This document shows positions 16,874 through 24,582 of a DNA stretch of 26,907 nt, piece after piece. The translations under genes and the position numbers were made by a program. Position 1 is the stretch's first letter, and each line of letters opens with the position of its first letter. The notes beneath the pieces were generated by a model, which ran no database searches, had not been told where the DNA came from, and saw only the letters and a program-made list of their open reading frames with translations. The DNA comes from Clostridia bacterium (GTDB lineage Bacteria; Bacillota; Dehalobacteriia; UBA4068): positions 1 to 26,907 of the forward strand of contig JAAYYR010000058.1 of the NCBI GenBank assembly GCA_012515255.1, read 5' to 3'.

Positions 16874-17881
16874 ATGGACTTAATTGCACAGATACGCGAT
16901 AAAGCGCGGCAAGCAGGGCGGCATATTGTATTGGCCGAGGGCACGGAACAGCGCACCTTGATAGCCGCCGCGGCCATCGTCGCCGCAGGAATCGCCCGCA
17001 TCACCCTTTTGGGCCGTGAGGCTGAGATCAAAGCAGCGGCGGAACAGGCCCAAGTTGATCTCGACGGCATCACGCTGATCGATCCTGAAACCTCGCCGCT
17101 TTATGCGGATTTTACGGCTGAGTTTTTACGCCTGCGGGAGAAAAAAGGCATGACAGCCGATAAAGCCGCGGCAACGATGAAAAACCCGCTGTATTTTGGC
17201 GCAATGATGGTCTATCAGGGCGTTTGCCAGGGCATGGTGGCGGGCGCAGAGAATTCCACCGGCGATGTATTACGCCCGGCGCTGCAAATCATCAAGACCC
17301 GCCCCGGCGTGAGCATTGTTTCCGGCTCCTTCCTGATCATTTCGCCCAAGACGGAATACGGCGAGGGCGGCGTGATGATTTTCGCCGACTGCGCCGTCAA
17401 CCCCGAGCTGAACGCTGCGCAAATGGCGGAGGTCGCTTATTGCTCCGCGCTCACGGCGCAACATATAGCGGGCATCGAAGAGCCGCGCGTGGCCTTCCTT
17501 AGTTTTTCCACCAAGGGCAGCGCCAAAAACGAACTGGCGGAGACTGTGGCCGAGGCTGCCAAGATCGCCCGCGAGCGCTACCCGGATCTTTTATCCGATG
17601 GCGAGCTGCAGCTGGACGCTGCTATCGTGCCTAATGTCGGCGCGCTCAAGGCGCCCGGCAGCCCGGTCGCGGGCCGCGCCAATGTGCTGATCTTCCCTGA
17701 CTTGACATCCGGCAATATTTGCTACAAGGCCGTACAGCGCTTCGGCGGCGCGCAAGCCATTGGCCCCATCCTTCAGGGCATGGCCAAGCCGGTCAACGAT
17801 CTTTCGCGCGGCTGCTCTGTGGAGGATATTATCAATACTGTGGCCCTTGTCTGCTGCCAGGGCGCGGACTGCGGCTGCTAA
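16874..17881 (+). CDS. pta: Phosphate acetyltransferase
   Basis: IVLAEG, IFADCAVNP, RVAFLSFSTKGS, DGELQLDAA, GNICYKAVQR, GPILQGMAKPVNDLSRGCS; RBS GGAGG before ATG 16874. Confidence 0.95.
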   Translation: MDLIAQIRDKARQAGRHIVLAEGTEQRTLIAAAAIVAAGIARITLLGREAEIKAAAEQAQVDLDGITLIDPETSPLYADFTAEFLRLREKKGMTADKAAATMKNPLYFGAMMVYQGVCQGMVAGAENSTGDVLRPALQIIKTRPGVSIVSGSFLIISPKTEYGEGGVMIFADCAVNPELNAAQMAEVAYCSALTAQHIAGIEEPRVAFLSFSTKGSAKNELAETVAEAAKIARERYPDLLSDGELQLDAAIVPNVGALKAPGSPVAGRANVLIFPDLTSGNICYKAVQRFGGAQAIGPILQGMAKPVNDLSRGCSVEDIINTVALVCCQGADCGC

Positions 17882-17958
17882 GGAACGGCCGCACGAGGCA
17901 TGGCTCCCGCCGGGAAATGCCCGGCCAAGCATGCTGAAATAATTTACCTGCCGCATAT

Positions 17959-17993
17959 AAAAAAGAGGGCGTCGTATACGACGCCCTCTTTTT
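17959..17993. terminator. Bidirectional intrinsic terminator between pta and ribU
   Basis: AAAAAAGAGGGCGTCG-TATA-CGACGCCCTCTTTTT between convergent stops. Confidence 0.9.
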
Positions 17994-18007
17994 ATGTTTC
18001 CGCCGGC

Positions 18008-18685
18008 TTAGGCAGCCCGCTTGCGAATCAAATGCGCCAGCCGATGATAGACAAAATAGAGGATCAGCGAATTCAGTCCGGCCTTGATCAGGTTAAATGG
18101 GATCAAGCCGACTAAAAGCAGCCCTTTGACCGCATTATAAGCGTTGACCGCCGCTGCGCTATAACCGGCCGGATCATAGCCTTGCGAGAGGCCGTCCCAG
18201 AACAGGCGGGCCGCCTCACCCACCGGCACATCCATCAGTACCTTGGGCGTAAAGATGAAGTTAAGAGGTATCATGATAAGCGCCATAGCCAGGCTGCCGC
18301 AAACCAAAGCGATGATCATCGAGCCGCGGCGCTTTTTTAGCGCTTTCCATAACGAGACCGCGACCAGCACCAGGGTGCCGGAGGCAATTACATGCATGAG
18401 AAAGCCGATCGGCCCGTCATGCCCGAAAAGAAAAGCCTGGATTGCCGAGGCCGCAAGCAAAACGATCATCCCGGCAGGCGTTCCCATAGTGAAGGCGGCC
18501 AGCAATACCGGCACATCCGCCATATCATATTTGAGAAAAGGCGCGCCCGGCACAATGGGGAAGCAGACAAAAACGAGGATCGAGGAGATGGCGGTCAGCA
18601 TCGCCAGCTGCACCAGCCGCAGCGTTTGATCCTGCCTGCTGCTTTGATCAAGTGAACGGTGTAATAGGGTTTTTTCCGACATCAT
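18008..18685 (-). CDS. ribU: ECF transporter S component, riboflavin (RibU-like)
   Basis: RBS AAGGAG before ATG 18685; LAMLTAIS...FLKYDMADVPVLL...GPIGFLMHVIAS...IPFNLIK; preceded by an FMN riboswitch. The ORF-track start at 18898 runs through the riboswitch. Confidence 0.85.
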   Translation of the reverse strand: MMSEKTLLHRSLDQSSRQDQTLRLVQLAMLTAISSILVFVCFPIVPGAPFLKYDMADVPVLLAAFTMGTPAGMIVLLAASAIQAFLFGHDGPIGFLMHVIASGTLVLVAVSLWKALKKRRGSMIIALVCGSLAMALIMIPLNFIFTPKVLMDVPVGEAARLFWDGLSQGYDPAGYSAAAVNAYNAVKGLLLVGLIPFNLIKAGLNSLILYFVYHRLAHLIRKRAA

Positions 18686-18718
18686 AACACTCCTTTGCCG
18701 GCTGTCGCAAACGGTATT

Positions 18719-18744
18719 AAAAAATCCCGCTAAACATAGCGGGA
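18719..18744 (-). terminator. Riboswitch attenuator (expression platform)
   Basis: Minus strand TCCCGCTA-TGTT-TAGCGGGA followed by TTTTTT, between the FMN aptamer and the ribU RBS. Confidence 0.75.
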
Positions 18745-18775
18745 CGACAAGCCGGCGCATAAGCGCCCGGCTATG

Positions 18776-18911
18776 CCTTCTTCCATCCGGACTATACCGT
18801 CGGCTCAGGAATCGCACCTGATCTGCCGGCCTGCCAAAGGCAGGCTGCTCGCGGGCTTGTCGGCTCAAAGCCGCATCACCGCCGGTGGGGAATCGCACCC
18901 CGCCCCGAAGA
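18776..18911 (-). ncRNA. FMN riboswitch (RFN element)
   Basis: Minus strand TCTTCGGGGCGGGGTGCGATTCCCCACCGGCGGT...AGCCCGCGAGC...GCAGATCAGGTGCGATTCCTGAGCCGACGGTATAGTCCGGATGGAAGAAG carries the RFN signatures. Confidence 0.97.
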
Positions 18912-18935
18912 CAGCCTATATATTTGATCGATTAC

Positions 18936-18964
18936 ATTATATGCGCGCACGCCGTTGCTGTCAA
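18936..18964 (-). promoter_or_regulatory. Consensus sigmaA promoter of the FMN riboswitch-ribU unit
   Basis: Minus strand TTGACA(18964-18959)-17 nt-TATAAT(18941-18936). Confidence 0.88.
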
Positions 18965-19045
18965 GCGGGAAACACATCAACTCATACCCCCGGGCGCTAA
19001 GCGCCTGATGCCAAGACCGGCTCCTTGGCCGGACAGCGCCGCCAT

Positions 19046-19552
19046 TTAGCGCTTGCGGCCGAAAAAATCTTTGAGCAGGCCGGCAGCCTCGTCCGCCAAA
19101 ACACCGCCTGCCACCGCCACCGTATGATTAAGCAAGCCTTTGCCGCAAAGATCCAGCACGCTGCCGCAGGCGCCGGATTTCTGATCCGCCGCGCCAAAGA
19201 CGAGGCGGTCAATGCGGGCATTAATGATCGCGCCGGCGCACATCGGACAAGGTTCGAGCGTCACATAAAGCGTGGCGTCCGGCAGCCGCCAGCCGCCAAG
19301 CGCGGCGCAGGCCTCGCGGATGGCAATCATCTCAGCGTGCAAAGTAGCGTCGCGTCCAGCCTCGCGCTGATTCCAGCCGCGGCCCACGATCCGGCCGCCC
19401 GCCACCACCAAAGCGCCCACCGGCACCTCGTCCTCGGCAGCGGCACGCGCGGCCAAAGCCAAAGCCTGGCGCATCAGTAACTCATCCCGCTGCTCCGGCG
19501 TCAAAGCGGCCCAATCGGATTGCGGCGGCTGTTTCGCGCAATCCTGACTCAT
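19046..19552 (-). CDS. tadA: tRNA-specific adenosine deaminase
   Basis: EVPVGA, HAE and LYVTLEPCPMCAGAI zinc motifs, VFGAADQKSG, LKDFF C-terminus. Confidence 0.93.
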   Translation of the reverse strand: MSQDCAKQPPQSDWAALTPEQRDELLMRQALALAARAAAEDEVPVGALVVAGGRIVGRGWNQREAGRDATLHAEMIAIREACAALGGWRLPDATLYVTLEPCPMCAGAIINARIDRLVFGAADQKSGACGSVLDLCGKGLLNHTVAVAGGVLADEAAGLLKDFFGRKR

Positions 19553-20109
19553 ATAATCTCCACATTAAGACAATCGCGCAGATGGCGGAGCGCCCATTCC
19601 TGACCATGCTCAAAAATGGTGGCGCAGCAGTCCGCAGGCACCTTGACCCGGTAGCCTTCGTAAACAGCGGCGATCACGGTATGCAGCACGCAGATATCGG
19701 TGCAAACGCCGGCCACAATCAGCTCGTCGACGCCACGGCTGCGCAGCAGATAATCAAGCGGCGTGCCAAAGAATGCGGAATAGCGCAGCTTCGGCACATA
19801 GACGATGCGGTCGCTGCCCTGCTCCTGCATACGGCGCACAAAAGCGCCGGTTTGGCCGTAAATTTCCGCGCCCCAACTCCCCGCGAGATTATGAGGCGGG
19901 AAAAGCGCCGCTTCCGGGTCGAAAGGATCGCCCTGATGATGCTCGTCATTGCAGATGAACACAAAATACTGCCGCGCCAGGGCTTGCTCGGCTTGCCTGA
20001 GGATATTTCCGTCCAAAGCCTGGCCTGCCGCGCCGCAGCTCATTGCGCCCGCATCCGCGATAAAATCATTACTGTAGTCGACAATTAGCAAAGCGCCTGT
20101 CATCTTCAT
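19549..20109 (-). CDS. Nicotinamidase-like isochorismatase-family cysteine hydrolase
   Basis: LLIVDYSNDF, D-x-H...PPHN metal ligands, KLRYSAFFGT, GVCTDICV; resembles PncA; RBS GGGGAGG before ATG 20109; 4-bp overlap with tadA. Confidence 0.85.
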   Translation of the reverse strand: MKMTGALLIVDYSNDFIADAGAMSCGAAGQALDGNILRQAEQALARQYFVFICNDEHHQGDPFDPEAALFPPHNLAGSWGAEIYGQTGAFVRRMQEQGSDRIVYVPKLRYSAFFGTPLDYLLRSRGVDELIVAGVCTDICVLHTVIAAVYEGYRVKVPADCCATIFEHGQEWALRHLRDCLNVEII

Positions 20110-20191
20110 CCCTCCCCATGCCCCTATCGACAGATTTGGCAAAAAACAGCAGCTCAACAGCTATATCGGCTCATGAACCTGCTTTGAGTGG

Positions 20192-20220
20192 ATTATAACA
20201 TTTTTTTTTGGCGGCAGCAA
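20192..20220 (-). promoter_or_regulatory. Putative sigmaA promoter of the hydrolase-tadA unit
   Basis: Minus strand TTGCTG-17 nt-TATAAT with TGn extended -10. Confidence 0.65.
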
Positions 20221-20229
20221 GCGCATCAC

Positions 20230-20258
20230 TTGACGCGGCTGGACAAAAAGGGTAAACT
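20230..20258 (+). promoter_or_regulatory. Putative sigmaA promoter of tRNA-Arg
   Basis: TTGACG(20230-20235)-17 nt-TAAACT(20253-20258), back-to-back with the divergent promoter. Confidence 0.6.
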
Positions 20259-20328
20259 TGTTTTGTTATGTTTTGCGCCAAAGCGCAGCTTAACTTTGGT
20301 GCGGTCAAGCCGCAGCCACTTTTTACCT

Positions 20329-20404
20329 GCGCCCGTAGCTCAGCGGATAGAGCATCCGCCTCCTAAGCGGAGGGTCGCGCGTTCAAGTCGCGCCGGGCGC
20401 GCCA
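20329..20404 (+). tRNA. tRNA-Arg(CCT)
   Basis: Acceptor GCGCCCG/CGGGCGC, D arm GCTC..GAGC, anticodon arm TCCGC-CTCCTAA-GCGGA, T loop GTTCAAG, encoded CCA; 76 nt. Confidence 0.97.
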
Positions 20405-20442
20405 AATTGACTATAAAATAATTTTCCCAAGGGGGTCTTTGG

Positions 20443-20607
20443 ATGCCGGATTACAAATCGATGTACTACCACTTGGCAGGACGAGTGGCAGGGGCCATCG
20501 AAGCGTTGGAAGCGATTACCGAAACACTCAAGCAGGCGCAGCAGACCACGGAAGATATGTTCATGAACAGCACGGACGAGGAAGACTTGGACGATAAGCT
20601 GGAATAA
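20443..20607 (+). CDS. Small hypothetical protein (54 aa), not in the ORF track
   Basis: MPDYKSMYYHLAGRVAGAIEALEAITETLKQAQQTTEDMFMNSTDEEDLDDKLE*; GGGGG before the ATG; helical with an acidic tail; resembles small clostridial MPDYK(K)MY proteins from memory. Confidence 0.6.
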   Translation: MPDYKSMYYHLAGRVAGAIEALEAITETLKQAQQTTEDMFMNSTDEEDLDDKLE

Positions 20608-20662
20608 TTCTTTTCCATTGTTATTATAAAAGACAAGGCATTTCGCCACAGGAGGTTTTCAC

Positions 20663-20896
20663 ATGCCTTATATCGCAATTAAATCATTTCCCAAAGATCA
20701 GGCGACCAAGGAATTGGTTGTTGAGAAAATTAATGAGATTTTTTTAGAGCTTTGGGGCTGCCCACAGGAAGCAATCACCGTTTCAATTGAAGATGTGGCG
20801 CCTGAAGATTGGCATGAAAAAGTCGTCAAGCCTGAGATTGAGCCTAAAAAAGAAAATATGATGATCCTGTCCGGTAAAAAATGCTATAAATCATGA
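20663..20896 (+). CDS. 4-oxalocrotonate tautomerase-family protein
   Basis: N-terminal Met-Pro (Pro1 catalytic base), MPYIAIKSFPK...ITVSIEDVAPEDW; RBS AGGAGG. Confidence 0.8.
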   Translation: MPYIAIKSFPKDQATKELVVEKINEIFLELWGCPQEAITVSIEDVAPEDWHEKVVKPEIEPKKENMMILSGKKCYKS

Positions 20897-21035
20897 TAAT
20901 ATAATCTGTATCTGAAAATATACCTTTTCCGCCATCTTTACCAATGGCGCGGATGAAGCCCCGGCAAAAATCTCTATTGCCCGGCAACCGGTGATTTTAC
21001 GGCTGCCTCATCGCTCCTGGTTTTAGCCAAAAGCC

Positions 21036-21140
21036 AAGGCGGCAATGTCTTTTTGCTTTACAGAGCCAGACCGCCACATTCATGCTTACCGCGCCCTCTT
21101 AATGCGCTTTGACCAGCGTGTTCAGGGGCGCTGCCGCCTT
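21036..21140 (+). ncRNA. Structured 5' leader of the polyamine operon (candidate cis-regulatory RNA, possibly ldcC motif)
   Basis: 9-bp perfect P1 AAGGCGGCA(21036-21044)/TGCCGCCTT(21132-21140) encloses two branched hairpins. Family assignment is by context only. Confidence 0.55.
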
Positions 21141-21186
21141 AACGTAATTTTCATCCGGGATTACCGCCCGGTACAGAAGGAGAAAA

Positions 21187-22638
21187 ATGCCTGATCTTGC
21201 GCAAGAAAATGCGCCTTTATATGAAGCGCTGGAGCAATTCCGGCAGCGCCGGGTCGTGCCTTTCGACGTACCGGGCCATAAACGCGGCCGCGGCAATCCG
21301 GAGCTGGTCAAATTCCTCGGCGAAAAATGCCTGAGCATCGACGTCAATTCGATGAAGCCGCTCGATAATCTCGGCCACCCCAGCTCGGTGATTCTCGAAG
21401 CGGAGCAGCTGGCGGCCGAGGCCTTCGGCGCCGCCCACGCTTATTTCATCGTCGGCGGCACTACAGCCGCTGTACAGAGCATGCTGCTCTATGCCTGCCG
21501 CGAGGGCGAAAAAATCATCCTGCCGCGCAATGTGCATCAAAGCGTGGTCAATACTTTGGTGCTCTCCGGCGCTATGCCGATCTATGTCGACCCGGAGGTG
21601 GAGCCGCGGCTCGGCATTCCGCTTGGCATGAGATTGGCCGCTGTGGAGGCCGCCATCGCCGCGCATCCCGACGCCAAGGCGGTGCTGGTCAATAACCCCA
21701 CATATTATGGCGTTTGCTCGCGGATCGAGGCCATAGCCGAGCTGGCGCATCGCCATAATATGCTGCTGCTTGCCGATGAGGCGCATGGCGCGCATTTCTA
21801 CTTCGGCGCGGATTTTCCGGCGGCGGCAATGGCGGCCGGCGCTGATCTGGCCGCGGTGAGCATGCATAAGTCGGGCGGCAGCCTTACCCAAAGCTCGATC
21901 CTGCTGGCCGGGGCGGCTATTGATGCGGGCGGCCTGCGCCAGACGATCAACCTCACCCAAACCACCAGCGCCTCTTATCTGCTACTTGCGAGCCTGGATC
22001 TCTCACGGCGCAACCTGGCCTTAAACGGCCGCGAAATCTTCGCCAAGGTGCGGCAGCTTTCAGCCTACGCCAGGGATGAAATCAATCTGATCGGCGGTTA
22101 TGTGGCTTATGGCAAAGAGCTGATCAATCATGACAGCATCTATGATTTCGACGATACCAAGCTCTCGGTTTTTACCCTCGATATCGGCCTGGCCGGTATT
22201 GAGGTCTATGATTTATTGCGCGATGAATACGATATCCAGGCCGAATTCGGCGATGTGGGCAATATGCTCGCCTATATCTCGATCGGCGACCGGCCGCGCG
22301 ATATCGAGCGCCTCGTCAACGCGCTCGCGGAGATCAAGCGACGCTTTGGCCGCACCCCGATCGCCCTGCCGGTACAGGCCTATCCCGAGCCGCGGCTTAT
22401 GCTCTCGCCGCAGCAGGCCTATTTCGCGGCCAAGACGACCCTGCCCATCAGCGCGTCGGCCGGCCGGGTCAGCGGCGAATCTGTGCTCTGTTATCCGCCC
22501 GGCATCCCGGTGCTGGCGCCGGGAGAAATGATTACGCCGGAGATTATCGACTATATCCGCTTCAGCAAGGACAAGGGCTGCCTGGTCACCGGCACCCGCG
22601 ACCAGGCGGTCGAATTGATTGACGTGGTGGAGGAGTAG
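21187..22638 (+). CDS. PLP-dependent Orn/Lys/Arg decarboxylase (class I fold), probably arginine decarboxylase
   Basis: PFDVPGHKRG, GGTTAAVQ, PRNVHQS, DEAHG, SMHKS (PLP Lys), TTSASYLL, YPPGIP; context with agmatinase suggests Arg as substrate. Confidence 0.92.
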   Translation: MPDLAQENAPLYEALEQFRQRRVVPFDVPGHKRGRGNPELVKFLGEKCLSIDVNSMKPLDNLGHPSSVILEAEQLAAEAFGAAHAYFIVGGTTAAVQSMLLYACREGEKIILPRNVHQSVVNTLVLSGAMPIYVDPEVEPRLGIPLGMRLAAVEAAIAAHPDAKAVLVNNPTYYGVCSRIEAIAELAHRHNMLLLADEAHGAHFYFGADFPAAAMAAGADLAAVSMHKSGGSLTQSSILLAGAAIDAGGLRQTINLTQTTSASYLLLASLDLSRRNLALNGREIFAKVRQLSAYARDEINLIGGYVAYGKELINHDSIYDFDDTKLSVFTLDIGLAGIEVYDLLRDEYDIQAEFGDVGNMLAYISIGDRPRDIERLVNALAEIKRRFGRTPIALPVQAYPEPRLMLSPQQAYFAAKTTLPISASAGRVSGESVLCYPPGIPVLAPGEMITPEIIDYIRFSKDKGCLVTGTRDQAVELIDVVEE

Positions 22639-22641
22639 CCT

Positions 22642-23496
22642 ATGGAATTATGGTTCAGCGAGATGCATACCGAAAATGTCCGCTTTTCGATCAAGGTTGA
22701 CCGCCAGCTTTATTCGGGGCAAAGCGAATTTCAGCGCATCGATATCTTTGATTCGCCGGAATTCGGCCGCTTCCTCACCCTGGACGGCTTTATGATGCTG
22801 ACGGAAAAAGATGAGTTTATCTACCATGAGATGATCGCCCATGTACCGATGGCCGTGCATCCCCAGGCCAAAAATGTGCTGCTGGTCGGCGCGGGCGACG
22901 GCGGCGTGGCGCGGGAAATCGCCCGCTATGATACGGTGAAAAATATCGACGTAGCGGAGATAGACCCGGAGGTGGTGCGCGTCTGCCGCGAGTACCTGCC
23001 GCAGACCGCGCTAAGCTTCGACGACCCGCGCGTGCATGTTTACTATGAGGACGGCATCAGGTTTATCCGCCGCTGCGCTAATCAATACGATTTGATCATC
23101 ATCGATTCTACCGATCCTTTCGGCCCCGGAGAGAGCCTGTTCACCAAAGAGTTCTACGGCAGCTGTCATCAGGCCTTAAAAGAAGACGGCATTATGGTCA
23201 ACCAGCATGAAAGCCCCTTTTATGCCGAGGACGCTAAGGAGATGCGTCAGGCGCATAAAAAAATCGCGGCCAATTTCCCGATCAGCCTGCTTTATCAGGC
23301 GCATATCCCCACCTATCCTTCGGGACATTGGCTGTTTGGCTTCGCCGCGAAGAAATATCATCCGCTGCATGATTTCCATGCGGATAACTGGAGTAAGCTT
23401 GGCATCAAAACGAAATACTATAATCCCGGCATCCACCGGGGCGCTTTTGCTCTGCCCAGTTATGTGGAGGAGATGTTGAATGACGCCCGCTCATAA
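22642..23496 (+). CDS. speE: Polyamine aminopropyltransferase (spermidine synthase)
   Basis: LDGFMMLTEKDEFIYHEM, VGAGDGG, IIIDSTDP, IPTYPSGHW, YYNPGIH. Confidence 0.95.
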   Translation: MELWFSEMHTENVRFSIKVDRQLYSGQSEFQRIDIFDSPEFGRFLTLDGFMMLTEKDEFIYHEMIAHVPMAVHPQAKNVLLVGAGDGGVAREIARYDTVKNIDVAEIDPEVVRVCREYLPQTALSFDDPRVHVYYEDGIRFIRRCANQYDLIIIDSTDPFGPGESLFTKEFYGSCHQALKEDGIMVNQHESPFYAEDAKEMRQAHKKIAANFPISLLYQAHIPTYPSGHWLFGFAAKKYHPLHDFHADNWSKLGIKTKYYNPGIHRGAFALPSYVEEMLNDARS

Positions 23497-24337
23497 CCTG
23501 CTCACTTTTATCAATGCGGAAGCTGATTTCGCCGCCGCCCGCCTTATCATCTTTGGCGCGCCCTTCGACGCCACAGCCTCTTTCCGCCCCGGCTCCCGCT
23601 TCGCCCCTGCGGAGATACGCACTTTTTCCCAGCAGCTGGAGACTTACAGCCCTTATCAGGAGCGCGATTTGAGCGAGATCAGCGTCTGCGATATCGGCGA
23701 CCTCACGCTGGCGCATGGCAATGCCGCCGCTATGGTGGAAGCTGTGCGCGAACAGGCGGCGGCTATTTTGGCCGCCCGGAAAATTCCTTTACTGCTCGGC
23801 GGCGAGCATCTGGTAAGCTTGGGCGCGGTGCAGGCCGCGGCCGCCGCTTATCCGGATTTGCTGCTGCTGCATCTTGACGCCCATACTGATCTGCGCGACG
23901 ACTACCTCGGAGAACGGCTCTCCCATGCCACGGTGATCCGCCGCTGCCATGATATCCTGGGCGACGGCCGTATCTTCCAATTCGGCATCCGCTCCGGCGA
24001 GCGCGACGAATTTCTTTGGAGCGGCGCGGGGCATACGCATCTGCGCAAATTTGACCTTGGCGGGATCAGCGAGACTGTCGAGCAGCTCCAAGACCGGCCG
24101 CTTTATCTTACTGTTGATTTGGATATACTTGATCCATCTGTGCTGCCGGGCACCGGCACGCCGGAGGCGGGCGGGATCAGCTTCGAGGAGTTGCGCGCCG
24201 CTTTGACTATGATTTGCCGCGAGGCCAATATCATTGCCTGCGATATGACCGAGCTTTGCCCGCCTTGCGATCCGAGCGGCGCTTCGACGGCTGTCGCCGC
24301 CAAAATTTTGCGGGAAATGCTGCTGGCCCTGGGGTAA
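23480..24337 (+). CDS. speB: Agmatinase (ureohydrolase family)
   Basis: GAPFD..SFRPGSRFAP, GGEHLVS, HLDAHTDLRD, DLDILDPSVLPGTGTPEAGG. Confidence 0.93.
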   Translation: MTPAHNLLTFINAEADFAAARLIIFGAPFDATASFRPGSRFAPAEIRTFSQQLETYSPYQERDLSEISVCDIGDLTLAHGNAAAMVEAVREQAAAILAARKIPLLLGGEHLVSLGAVQAAAAAYPDLLLLHLDAHTDLRDDYLGERLSHATVIRRCHDILGDGRIFQFGIRSGERDEFLWSGAGHTHLRKFDLGGISETVEQLQDRPLYLTVDLDILDPSVLPGTGTPEAGGISFEELRAALTMICREANIIACDMTELCPPCDPSGASTAVAAKILREMLLALG

Positions 24338-24410
24338 AAGCGCTTCCGTGAATTGCGTAAGTCTAAGGCTTGAGGCGATTAGTTCCCTGGGCTCGCCTGC
24401 CCGGCGAGGG

Positions 24411-24457
24411 GCAAGGGGGCGAGGGGGACTTCCGATTGTCCCCCTCCGCCCCCTTGC
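24411..24457. repeat. GC-rich imperfect palindrome (REP-like hairpin) in the speB-dehydrogenase spacer
   Basis: GCAAGGGGGCG-AGGGGGAC-TTCCGATT-GTCCCCCT-C-CGCCCCCTTGC: 19-bp stem with one bulge. Confidence 0.7.
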
Positions 24458-24582
24458 ATTCCCTGTACCCCCTTAAAACGGCCAAAGACTCACCGCCTTT
24501 GGAATCCGCATCAGCGTAGTATACCATTTTCGGTTAAATATAAGCATGGCTCTTACACCACTGCCAGGCGAAAGGAGAAAAA

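Noticed and set aside
18686-18898. 70-aa N-terminal extension of the ECF S component in the ORF track
   Set aside because: It overlaps the FMN riboswitch and attenuator; the real RBS/ATG is at 18685.
19046-20404. Functional link between tadA and the neighbouring tRNA-Arg
   Set aside because: TadA edits tRNA-Arg(ACG); this tRNA is CCT, so proximity alone shows nothing.
20405-21186. Prophage/ICE attachment site at tRNA-Arg
   Set aside because: No duplicated tRNA 3' end and no integrase or phage genes in the window.
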